Assembly: GCA_964106915.2 (NCBI GenBank)
Contig: OZ066916.1
From: Podarcis gaigeae
Taxonomy: Eukaryota
Strand: one strand, 5' to 3'
DNA: 64,000 nt
Shown here: one piece after another, positions 1-10,672 of the stretch
Layout of the letters: each line of letters begins with the position of its first letter
Position numbering within the stretch: position 1 is the first letter of the stretch
The notes under the pieces: generated by a model
What the model was told of the DNA's origin: nothing
Databases searched by the model: none
What the model saw: only the letters and a program-made list of their open reading frames with translations
Translations under genes and position numbers: made by a program

Positions 1-162
1 CCGAAACAGGTTGTAACCCAAGGTACGCTTTCGCCAATGGGGTCTTCCCCCCCCCATTGGCTATAATCCAAAAAAAGGGACACACACTTCAGGGTTTGAC
101 GTGGTTGTAATCCAAAACGGTTGCACTGTAATCCAAAACGGTTGCAAACCAAGGTACCACTG
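1..162. mobile_element. Partial non-autonomous Tc1/mariner (Tigger-like) MITE, cut by the window edge
   Basis: Ends in AGGTACCACTG followed by TA, the same terminal inverted repeat as the complete copies at 18645 and 35918. Confidence 0.7.
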
Positions 163-1050
163 TATTTGCAATTTGCTGCTCCAGGAAAGTTCCCCAGTAG
201 CATGAGGAGAGCACCTAAGTACCACTGTCTCTTAGAGCTGGTTTTGGGAGTGGAAAGCGAGAGGATCCCTCACAATAGCAATCAAAGGTTCTCCTGCTCA
301 GCATCTTATTGAAAAACTGCCACAACATCCTTGCTAAAGAATGAAGAGATGCAGTTTGACATTCATTGCACACAATTCAATGTAAGCTGGCAAATCTCTC
401 TATATATTCCATGCCAGGTTTCCTTCTGTGTTTTGTAATGATCCTTAAATGGCTTCATTACTCCATTAAAAATGACGGTTCAACATATAACCAGAATACC
501 TTGTGTTGTGTTGCGTTTTAACTTTGGCTGCTGCTCTGAGGCTTTCTGTAGGAATAGCTTTGAGTTGGGTAAAGAGGTCAAGATGGAATGTGAAAAACAC
601 AAAATCCCATTGATTGTTTTTGCCATCCTTCTAAAATTCATTCTGCATGAATGCTAGTCTAAATAATACTTTCTTGTTTGTCACATTCCTCGTGAAGAAT
701 TCAAAGTCTTGTGAATGTTCATGTGAATGTGCTTGTGCAACTGTTTTGGAAAGAATCTTTTGCATCTTCCTAACTACCTTATTTCCCGTCGCCTATTTAT
801 AGACGTTGCTTGCTTTCCAAAATCCATTAAGCTGCTAGATAAACAAAAAAGCATGTCAAGTTCAATACAGCATAAGAATTACTGTAACAGACAGATTTGG
901 AGGGGTGCAGGGAGAATGGGGCGTAGCTGAGTGTCAGAGCATCACTTTGCATGAAGAAGCTCCCTATTCAATCCCTGCCATCTCCAAGTAGGGCTGGTAG
1001 AAAACTGCTGCCTGAAATCCTGGGGATTTGAACCCGCCTCTCTCTAACCC

Positions 1051-1406
1051 AGGGATGCAGGTGGCACTGTGGGTTAAACCACAGAGCCTAGCACTTACCC
1101 ATCAGAAGGTCGGCGGTACAGAGTGCAAGTAGATAAATAGGTACCGCTCCAGTGGGAAGGTAAACGGCGTTTCTGTGCGCTGCTCTGGTTTGCCAGAAGC
1201 GGCTTAGTCATGCTGGCCACATGACCCGGAAGCTGTACGCCGACACCCTCAGCCAATAAAGCAAGATGAGCACCGCCACCACAGAATCGTCTGCAACGAC
1301 TTAACTTTCAAGGGTCCTTTACCTTTACCTTTAAAATTATTGATAGCAATGGAGCTCATCTGAATTAAATGCAAGTCTAACGGTCAGGGGTCCCTTTACC
1401 TTTACC
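1051..1406 (+). mobile_element. Sauria SINE with an internal foreign patch and two (ACCTTT)n tails
   Basis: Head GGGATGCAGGTGGCACTGTGGGTTAAACCACAGAGCC, core GTGCAAGTAGATAAATAGGTACCGC, tail GGGGTCCCTTTACCTTTACC. Flanked by CTCTCTAACCCA/CTCACTAACCCA (probable TSD). Confidence 0.9.
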
Positions 1407-1868
1407 TCACTAACCCAACACCAACTTAGTTCTTTGTTAGTCACATTTTCTCCTTACCTAATAGGTAATAATGTTTAAAATGAACCCACCTTTTACTCGT
1501 TTGCATTTTAACCGCTTTTCAAACCAATCTAATTTCATGTAAGGCTGCCCCTACTAGTCTGCTTCATGCAATGGGGCATGATCTAGTAAACTCTTAGTTA
1601 AAACCCAGTTATGTGTTTAGTCTAATTACAACCTTTATCTCCTTTCCTCAAAGGTGCATTGGGCAGCATTCAAAGTCCCCTTTAGCCTCACAGTAACTCA
1701 GAAAAGTAGAGATGGCTGAGAGAGAGACTGGCCCAAGGGACACCCAGTCAGCTCTGTGGTTGAGTAGGGATTTGAACCCGCCTCTCTCTAACCCAGCACC
1801 AGCTTAGTTGTTTGTTAGTCACATTTCTCCTTACCTAATAGGTTTTTGCCACTGAATATAGCAAGGGA

Positions 1869-2068
1869 NNNNNNNNNNNNNNNNNNNNNNNNNNNNNNNN
1901 NNNNNNNNNNNNNNNNNNNNNNNNNNNNNNNNNNNNNNNNNNNNNNNNNNNNNNNNNNNNNNNNNNNNNNNNNNNNNNNNNNNNNNNNNNNNNNNNNNNN
2001 NNNNNNNNNNNNNNNNNNNNNNNNNNNNNNNNNNNNNNNNNNNNNNNNNNNNNNNNNNNNNNNNNNNN
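1869..2068. other. Assembly gap (200 N)
   Basis: Run of N. Confidence 1.
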
Positions 2069-2291
2069 GATATAGGGTTTTTTTAAAAAATTATTATTAG
2101 GTTTTTTCTGGAAACTGAATAATTTCTGAGTTGTATATTTGACTGTTTCATGCATTACAGAAAGACACATACAGTACATGATTTAGCAGCTCATTCAAAA
2201 TTTAGTTTAAATCAGCCTTCATCAGTCACATGCCCTCAAAAATGTTTTTCTTTCCCTGCTTGGTTTTAATGTATCTTTGTGGGCATTTTTT

Positions 2292-2329
<38 letters not shown>
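2292..2329. repeat. (TTAG)n microsatellite
   Basis: About 9 tandem TTAG units. Confidence 0.95.
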
Positions 2330-4131
2330 AGCTTGCTTTGGGCAGGAAAAAGCAACTAGCAAATTTAATAAATAATAATAATAATTTTGGACTATAACTC
2401 CCACGAGTTGCAGCCAGCACTGCTACTGAATTCCAAAATATCTGGTCCATGGCGGCAAAGGCTCCTATAGATGGAGTTTTGCAGAATATGCTGTTGGGAA
2501 GGAGGTCGCAGATCGAAGTCAGCTGAAGCTCATAAGCATTTTGAGATAAACACACGTATTATTTTTGATGGTGACAGCTAGTGGGTGAAGGATTTCTATG
2601 TGCAGCAGAGTTTGTGGACGGGGGCATGTGCATGAGGCATGCTGAGGTGCAAGTATGCTACATGGATCCCCTCACACATTCTCCTCATGGTGTCTGAATC
2701 TCTGTTGGATGAGTTGGCACAGACTTGTGAAATGAGTGCAGAGACTGAAAAGGTCATATGAAAGCTTTTATTTGCGGTGGCTGCAATGGTCCCCTCCACT
2801 ATCGAAGCCATCACTAGATATTGTGGTCATAAGCTAGTTTTTGAAAGCTGTAATGGGAAGACTTTGCCCTGAAAGGTTGGCAAAAAATACATTCACCCTC
2901 TGCACTCCCTCCATCAAGGTTAAGGTGTATATATGTGTAAGTAAAACCATATTATCTAAAAGACTCCGCTGTGCCTCATTTTTCCAATGGAAACATGAAC
3001 CCTGGATAAGGGCAAAGACTCCTGGAACCTCACACCACTTGGGAGAGATTGGGGTGGCCCTTAACAAGATGTTCTCTTCACATCATGTGAATGGTAGAGA
3101 AAGGATTCTGTCTTATTTTCTGTTGTTCACCCTCCGGAGCAGATCTGTGGAGCAGGCACAAGGAGAGAAGCAGCCAGGGTTGTTCTGTACACAAACAGAA
3201 GTTCTAGTGCTAGTGGAACTACTTCTCTGGACACCACCCTTTCTTTTAATCCTTCTTTCAAGGTGCTCAGGACAACTTTGTGTCCAGAGCTGACAACAAA
3301 CCGGCAGTGCAATCCTATAGACGTCTACTGAAATGTAAGGCTAGATGACTTCATTGTGACTTACTTTCAGGTAATTGTGTGTAGGAATACAGCCTAGATC
3401 AATAATTTGACCAAGTGAGTGCAGATGCTACTTAATAGTTTTCACTGAGGCCATGAAACCTTGAGCGCATGGCTATCAAGGTTTGGGGGTGGAGGAGGGA
3501 GAGAACTTGAACGTTGAGACCCACGGAATCATAAGCTTGGGAGTGTCCGGAACCATATTCCCGATCACTTCCACCCATTTTGTCTTGTCTGAAAATCTGC
3601 TATTGAGCACAGAGTTTGCACCAACAAGGGTGTCAGGACTGGACAGCCTTCTCGCCCTCCCCACGTCTTACTACTCTAGGGATTGCTATGCTGTGGAATG
3701 GCAGGCGACCCCACCAACATTTTCTTTTGGATGCACATTTCAATTCACCTTTTACAATGTCAAGATAATAACTCTACAGTGTTGAAGAGAGCATACCACG
3801 AGTATCAAGACTAGATGCTAGAAAGTGACTTATTTGTGGCTAAAACAGAATCCACTTTTGCTCTGACCCTTACCTGTCCTTCAGTCACAAATCCACTGAT
3901 ATAAATTCACAAGCTGTTTCATGTTACTTTAGGTAACACATTACCTATTGTGGATAAAGGCCTGTGAATAAAATACCTACTTCTTGTTAAAAAAGAAGAC
4001 TGCTATGGCTTCTAAACCTTGACTTATATAGTATTCACTGGCTGTAGGTCATGATGTCTGCATCTTGCACTGGTTTGTTGACTGATTATGAATGCCTGAA
4101 AACCACACTGCTTTCCTCCTCCATCTTTCAG

Positions 4132-4425
4132 GCATCCTGACAGTTCTGGGAAATTCAGCTGTCCTGGCAGTAGCTGTGAAGCGCTCCTCCCATCTCAGGT
4201 CACCTGAGCTCCTGACGGTTAATTTGGCCGTAACCGATCTTGGAATGGCCATCAGCATGTATCCCCTGGCTATTGCTTCTGCTTGGAACCATGCCTGGCT
4301 GGGGGGCGATGCAACTTGCATTTATTATGCCCTGATGGGTTTCCTGTTTGGTGTCGCCAGCATGATGACCTTGTCTGTGATGGCTGTAATCCGCTTTCTT
4401 GTAACCCACTCTTCAAAGTCCAATA
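4132..4425 (+). CDS. OPN5L2: OPN5L2 coding exon (TM1-TM3)
   Basis: ctttcag|GC ... CAATA|gtgagt, 294 nt, phase 1-1; ILTVLGNSAVLAVAVKRSSHLRSPELLTVNLAVTD...VIRFLVTHSSKSN. Confidence 0.93.
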
Positions 4426-6648
4426 GTGAGTAACAAAGCACAGAAGGGTGGCAAAGGTGAAACAATTTCAAAGCTTTAGACTTCATGTCAAGGCCAAGGG
4501 AATAATATTTTAAAGAGCCTATTAGACCTTTTCTGTGTGTTTATAGATTAGATATATTCAGCATTACTGCAGTAAACAATGGGGGCGGATATACAGTCTG
4601 GCCGTAAACATGTTTTGAGCTGTAAACTGAAATGCATAATACCTTGTAGGAGTTGGCACTGTGGTGCTGGTGTGAAAAACACTGTTCTTCTTTACATTGG
4701 CTGTGTACCTCTGCTACTAGCCAAAGATAGTTAACCACATCTGGTGACCAATGGAAATGTCCTAAGCTTCCCTGAGAATGCTTTAAGGAGGCCTGTAAAT
4801 GTTGCCAGGCAATATACACAAAAGTATCACACTAGACAAGTGCGTTCTAAAGTATGTCTATATAGCCATAACTCAAACAGTTATTTTTGACGGAGATCAT
4901 GTACATAATGTCTCCACAGCCCGAGCGAAGGGTCATGGCTTACAGGGCATGCAGAAGATCCCATGCTCAGTCCTTGCCATCTCCAAATAGAACCTGGGGA
5001 GTCTGAAACCCAGGAAAGCTGGACAACAGAACGACAGGGATAATTGCCTGGCAGATTTCTATGTTATTCAAATAGTGTTGGTGTCTATAGTCTACTTTCT
5101 TTTCTTTTCCTAGGTAATACAATCAACAGAAAAGTCATCCATGTTTCTATTGCCTTGATCTGGCTGTATGCAGCCCTCTGGGCCATGTTGCCTCTGCTAG
5201 GCTGGGGGCATTACGGCCCAGAACCATTTGGCACTTCCTGCACCATAGCCTGGAGCCAGTTCCACAACTCGGCTAATGGGCTTTCCTTTATTCTGAGCAT
5301 GTTTATTCTGTGTACAATTCTGCCAGCAATTACCATCACCATCTGTTACTTGGGTATAGCCTGGAAGGTTCATAAAACCTATCAAAAGATGCAGAACTTC
5401 AACAGGACTTCAAATGCAGCAAAGCTGGAGAAGAAATTGACATTGGTGGGTATGTGTTGTTGTGAGCAGAGTATTTTTGTATTTTAAAGAGCAATAGGAA
5501 CACAGTGTTCCTTTGACTCAGACATTGATTCTGTCCCTACAGATTGAAAATTATTGTCAAAATATTGGGGAAATGCCAAAGCACTTATGGATGCTGTGGA
5601 CTGGGCTGTTTGTGTGTGTTTGCCTTCATGTATGGTTTGTGTTCCATTTGAGTTGCAGACATTGAGCAACTCCTCTGTTTTTCAGTTGTTAGATTCATTG
5701 GTATGAAATCTTATTGTATTAATGCGAAATAATATTAATATTCAAAATATTTATACCCCACACATCTGGTTGGGTTTTCGCAGCCACATACATACTGGGG
5801 ACTAACTTAATGATGAACCTGTATACTGTAAGACTCTCAGATCTTGCAATACATGGGCTCATAGAGGAACCATGTGGTATATATATTGCTATTGTATGAG
5901 ATGTTGAGGTCCTGCCATATTTTCTTCTATAGGACTATAATTTGAAACAGGTGACATTCCATTATGATGTAAAGCATCTGATAAACACAAAGGATGCTGT
6001 TCTTAATTTCTTATCCTGATCTTGTGTTATTTTATTCTGCTGGAGGGCTGCTGTAGTGCAGAGGATACTGCTTTTGGGTCTTAGGATAAAATGGACAGCC
6101 TAAAATGAATGCAAGAGCCAATTGTTTAAATATCTCTTAAATGTTAAAGCACTAATCCTTCATTTCTCTCTCACCGATTCAAAATAACAGATAGAGAAGG
6201 AGAAAATATAAAAAGCCAGCCAGTAACTAACTATAAGTGGTTGTTTTTACAGATGGCTGTACTGATCAGTGTGGGATTCCTCAGCGCATGGACACCATAT
6301 GCCGCAGTCAGCTTCTGGTCAATATTTCACTCCAGTGAATCAATACCACCCATCGTTACCTTGTTGCCATGTCTTTTTGCTAAATCCTCAACAGCCTACA
6401 ACCCTTTCATTTACTATGCTTTCAGCAAAACTTTCCGGCGTGAAATTAAGCGCCTCCAGTGCTGCTGTAGTCAGAAAGTTTACTTTAGCACCAAGCATAC
6501 CAATAGCCATGTGTCAGTGATTTGGTCAGGAAGGGATAACGCGCACATTTCTTCATTCAGAAAGACAGATAGTGGAGAAGTTCCAAATCCATCCGCTGCA
6601 GCTGCAGAAGTCTTATTTGAAAACGTTGCTCTAAAGTCCAGATCATGA
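4132..6648 (+). CDS. OPN5L2: Opsin 5-like 2 (Opn5L2 / opn8 group neuropsin), coding exons 4132-4425, 5114-5445, 6253-6648; first coding exon not located
   Basis: Three AG/GT-bounded exons with compatible phases give an uninterrupted 7TM opsin: GNSAVLA, NLAVTDLG, YGPEPFGTSC (counterion Glu181, Cys187, Thr188), AWTPYA, FAKSSTAYNPFIYY (Schiff-base Lys, NPxxY). Closely resembles chicken Opn5L2 as I recall it. Confidence 0.92.
5114..5445 (+). CDS. OPN5L2: OPN5L2 coding exon (TM4-TM5, ICL3)
   Basis: ttcctag|GT ... ACATTG|gtgggt, 332 nt, phase 1-0; contains WGHYGPEPFGTSCTIAW. Confidence 0.93.
6253..6648 (+). CDS. OPN5L2: OPN5L2 last coding exon (TM6-TM7, C-tail)
   Basis: ttttacag|ATGGCT to TGA at 6646-6648; contains AKSSTAYNPFIYY. 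AATAAA at 6697-6702. Confidence 0.93.
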   Translation: MAVLISVGFLSAWTPYAAVSFWSIFHSSESIPPIVTLLPCLFAKSSTAYNPFIYYAFSKTFRREIKRLQCCCSQKVYFSTKHTNSHVSVIWSGRDNAHISSFRKTDSGEVPNPSAAAAEVLFENVALKSRS

Positions 6649-7203
6649 AATCTCCCAGGGAAACACTGCAAGGGCAGTAATTCCTAGGAAGTTTATAATA
6701 AACTGCTTGCAGGATAATTCCGAGGTCTCTGTTCTTTAAAAAAAAGGACCTGCCGGCAAGAACTGAGGAATCTCAATGAATTTTGAGCACATGGACTAAG
6801 TTAGAGTTTACTATACTGTATTAATAGCTGGCAGAGGAGGTATTTAGGCAGTTAAAAAGAGATTGTAATGTCAGTGAACTTGGCATTTGTTTTTGTGCTT
6901 TTGTTGGACTGTATGGGATGCTGAGCTCAGGTGTCAATGATGGAGTCTCAAGAGGCACAGGCGTCTTGAAGAATAATAAGAAAAGACCTTTGCTTAACGG
7001 GCTGTTAACACCTCCCCCTTCGATACTTCTATTAAGGCTGTTGAGCAAGAACCTTACAAAAAATGGACTTTTCATAAAAGGGTCGCTCTATCCGTCTTGT
7101 GCATGTCATCTCAGTACTGGATTTGTGAGGTCACAGAACTGGAAACCGCCCACCAACTTCAGACTCTACAGAGGCTATTGAGAAGGAAAAGAAAAAGGTA
7201 GAC

Positions 7204-7338
7204 CAGGCATAGGCAACCTTCGCCCTCCAGATGTTTTGGACTACAATTCCCATCATCCTTGACCACTGGTCCTGTTAGCTAGGGATCATGGGAGTTGTAG
7301 GCCAAAACATCTGGAGGGCCAAAGGTTGCCCGTGCCCG
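7204..7338. mobile_element. Short hAT-type MITE
   Basis: Terminal inverted repeats CAGGCATAGGCAACCTT / AAGGTTGCCCGTGCCCG around a palindromic core (GGACTACAATTCCCATC...GGGAGTTGTAG). Same family as 23756-23891. Confidence 0.75.
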
Positions 7339-7772
7339 TCTGGAGGCAGACCACCAGGGGTAGGAAATGCATATTTGTCAATCTGACAAGCAAACAAAGC
7401 TAGGACAACGAGACTGAACTGAACTGAAAGGGCAAGAGGCATGTGAATAAACAGTATGAAACAGCAGGACATAATTTCACCACCTTTCTGTATCAGTAAC
7501 ATTTATTTTAAATTGTAATTTGCATTTCCAAAGATCTGAAATGTATTTCAGATATAATGCCGTCTTATATGCAAAAATTTTAAATTTACTCATTTCATTT
7601 AGATTCTTTGATAGATCTTACATACATATGTAATAATATTGCAGATGATTTCCCACTTTCTTAGAAAGCATAAGGCAACACCAGAAATTGTAGATGATTT
7701 AAATTTTTTATCAACAAATCACAATGCATCAACACAAACTATAAGATATAAGGTTTGTTATGAGACAGAGGT

Positions 7773-9069
7773 TTACAGAGATTGCTGCCTCATTTCCAAG
7801 CATTTCTCGATATCATCAAGAACTTGGACAGCTGCCTTTGGGATTCGGGTTCCAGGGCCAAATATATTGGAAACACCAGAGGCATACAAGAAGTCATAAT
7901 CCTGTGCAGGAGAAAAACAGACATAAAACATACCGTACATGCAAACTTTGTAAAGTAAAATTCTGCAGAACATATGCTAAAAGAGCAGAGTTTAGCGATG
8001 GCAGGTCAGGAGGTAGCACACATGGAGAAGGGAAAATAACTTGGTATGCTAGCTATGGGGGAAAACAGTGATGCTCTCACCTACGCAAACCCCGCCATGT
8101 GTGCAAAGTCCTAGTGACTACAAGTTCAAGCAATCTCTGCTCTAGGTGTTATCCTATGTAACATAAAGAATGAAATCATCAAAAGTGGTGAACATTTTCA
8201 CCTCTGCTCCAAGACAACCAGAGACTTGTGGCTCTATACAAATCTTTTGCCAGGTGCAACAATTATACCAAGGTCAAGAGATTCAAAGCAGAAAAGCAAA
8301 TTCTACCAGCCCTTTCTTCCCTTCTTCTTCCTAACTATTTAAACCAATTCATGAACTAAGAACTTCTACACTGACCACTAATAATGAAACATATGTTGTA
8401 GATATTTCTCCACATTTATTATGCTATTTTTGTGATATACAAATGACATAAGAATACTTGGTACAGTATACTTATTTGTATAACAATATTCTTGTTTATA
8501 ACCCCACCCCACCCCACCCCACCCCCCAGAAAAAAACAAATTCTGGAAGAAGAAAAATTATATAGTTTCTATTTCAGTAAAGGAAACTGGTCCCTTTTTT
8601 CTTCATTTCTTAAAATGTTTATGAATATTTTTAAATTTAAAAAGTGATATTTACATTATTTGATTATATTGGCAGTTTTCGAAAGCTTTTGGGAGACTGC
8701 TTCTCAACTGCATTGTTCTGTGAACCTTAAACCTAGAAACTACAGCGCTTTCCCAAATTTGCTGAAGGATTTCCACATTTCAAAAGCTAGATTCTATTTT
8801 AAAAGCCTTTCAATGGTGTTCATTTGCCTGGAGGAGGAGGAGGAAAAAGTAGATGGAGACCCCACCTCACTGGGAACAATTTAATCATCTCACAACAAGC
8901 CATCTTGTGATGGTGGTGCACAGTACCTGGGGAGGAATGGCGCCTCCACACATGAGGAGAATGTCTGGGCGGCCAAGGGACAAGCCCTTCTGTGGCCAGC
9001 AGCCAAGGTGCTCGCCCCCACGCAATGCACATCCGCATCTACCGCCTGCTGGGCCACTTCACGGGGTGC
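7773..9069 (-). pseudogene. MMUT: Methylmalonyl-CoA mutase relic: only the last two exons (8927-9069 frameshifted; 7773-7901 intact)
   Basis: Exon 7901-7773 (gcacag|GAT, 129 nt) encodes [42 protein letters not shown], the MMUT C-terminus. Exon 9069-8927 (cctag|GCA..CAG|gtactg) encodes [26 protein letters not shown] and, in another frame, [17 protein letters not shown]. It is 143 nt, and the conserved 39-nt KTLVPELIKELNS segment is replaced by 14 nt (25-nt loss). No upstream MMUT exons were found by eye. Minus-strand AATAAA at 7502-7507. Confidence 0.88.
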
Positions 9070-9904
9070 CTAGGAAGAGAAAGCAAAGGAAGTGTCAAAC
9101 AATATGGGAAAGAAGAATGCATAAAACCTAACACTGCATGCAGACCCAGGCTTCTTTTTTCACAGAGAAGAGCGACAAGAAAACACTAGGCACCAGCATG
9201 CACCGCTCAAGGCTGCTACTGGCATTTAGGTTAGACAATATGGGCGCCCAGAAAGTAGAGTACAGAGAGGAACATTGCCACCTATCGATGACATCTTCCA
9301 ACTCGGGAATCTGTAAAATCATCCTAGTACAATATATTCTGATAGTTACCTTTTGTGTGAACAGTAAATTGAAACAATAGGTGCAAATATTTTTTTTAAA
9401 ATTTATTTTACAAATTTATAAATTGCTTAAAAGCCTGAGGCCCACAAAGCTGTGTACCAAAATCTAAAATACCAAAAAAAAAAAAAAATGTTGTGGCTGC
9501 TTCTGGGTTCCCTCCTGCCTTGGATATATATTCAGGTTTTATTTAAAGAACGGTTTTCCTTAGCTTCCTAATCCCCACCCCTTTGCCCCCCAGTGAAGGA
9601 AATCAGGCTGAGAGACTGACTTCCCATAGCGAGGTTCACAGCTGAATGCCTTTCCCCCATCCCAAACATCCCTCTAGTCCCACACCTGGACCCCCAGGAG
9701 CCGGGGAGAGATGCTCTGGACCACAGCCTCCCCCCCCCCCAATACCTGGCAGGGGCTGCTTCCAGGGCTGGGCCCAGCAACGGCCTGGGGCGGCGCCTGC
9801 TGAGAGGCAGCGGGACAAGGCTGCGCTTCCACCTCATCTCCGCAACCTTCAAGGAAAGACACAGAAGCCCAACTGGACAAGAGCCAAGAACCCTTAACGA
9901 TTGA

Positions 9905-10333
9905 TTAAGGTGCCCCGAGGCCGCCCCTCTCTTCCTCCTCTTCCTCCAGGTCTTCCAGGATGAGCTCTTCTGAAAGGGAAAGAAGAGAAGGCTGCCAGTT
10001 AGAGGGGCTTCTTACACACACACACACACACAGAGAGAGAGAGGGACTTTCTGAAGACATCCCTAGAAACAGACATTACCTTCTGGGGGACTCTCCTTCG
10101 TTTTTGCCTGAGCCTGCAGGGAAAGAAAGAGCCACATGGGATGTGATGCTCTACAGCTCAAAACAGGCCTCAGACAGAGACCTTTCCTGAGAAATCTGAG
10201 GGACTGGAATCAGCTTCTATGGGCTGAAAGGTTTTACCTTGGAGGTCCTTTCAAAAAGGGTCCTGCAGGGGGGGCGGGCGGGGGGCGGAGAGGGGGACTC
10301 GGGGACGGGGCAAACTTTATTTTTCTTTGCCAT
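9905..10333 (-). CDS. Putative unannotated small spliced ORF (64 aa from the internal ATG; exons 10364/10333-10238, 10113-10080, 9969-9905)
   Basis: Three pyrimidine-rich acceptors (ctctttcttttctag, ctttctttccctgcag, ctctttccctttcag) and two strong donors (AAG|gtaaaa, AAG|gtaatg), with phases 0 and 1 matching. Product MAKKNKVCPVPESPSPPPARPPCRTLFERTSKAQAKTKESPPEEELILEDLEEEEEERGGLGAP*. Minus-strand AATAAA at 9538-9543. No family recognised. Confidence 0.45.
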
Positions 10334-10672
10334 CCGCGAAATGGCTTTTCGCAATCTGGTAAACCTAGAAAAGAAAGAGCAAAATGTGAGAAATGGGGCT
10401 CACAGTTCATCCTCTCCGGATCTACTTCCCAAAACTGCTTTTTGCATTCATGCCTCTGAGCTCCCTATCACCCCAGAATTCAGTTGCACATCAAGGCACC
10501 CCAAGAAGAAGGAGAACACATTGAGACAGAATTTGACTCTGAAGGTTAATGGGCAAAATTTAGGCCACAACTTTATTGAGGACAGCAATGTGAGTGGTAT
10601 TGGGTTTCATTGTTGAGGGTTTTTTCAGTGATTTTACCTCAGGAAATAGGCCCCTGAAACGGACTTTGGGCA

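Noticed and set aside
1835-2179. ORFs containing X runs
   Set aside because: They only span the N gap.
2325-3785. ORFs upstream of the opsin as a possible first exon
   Set aside because: None resembles the Opn5L2 N-terminus or ends in a suitable phase-1 donor.
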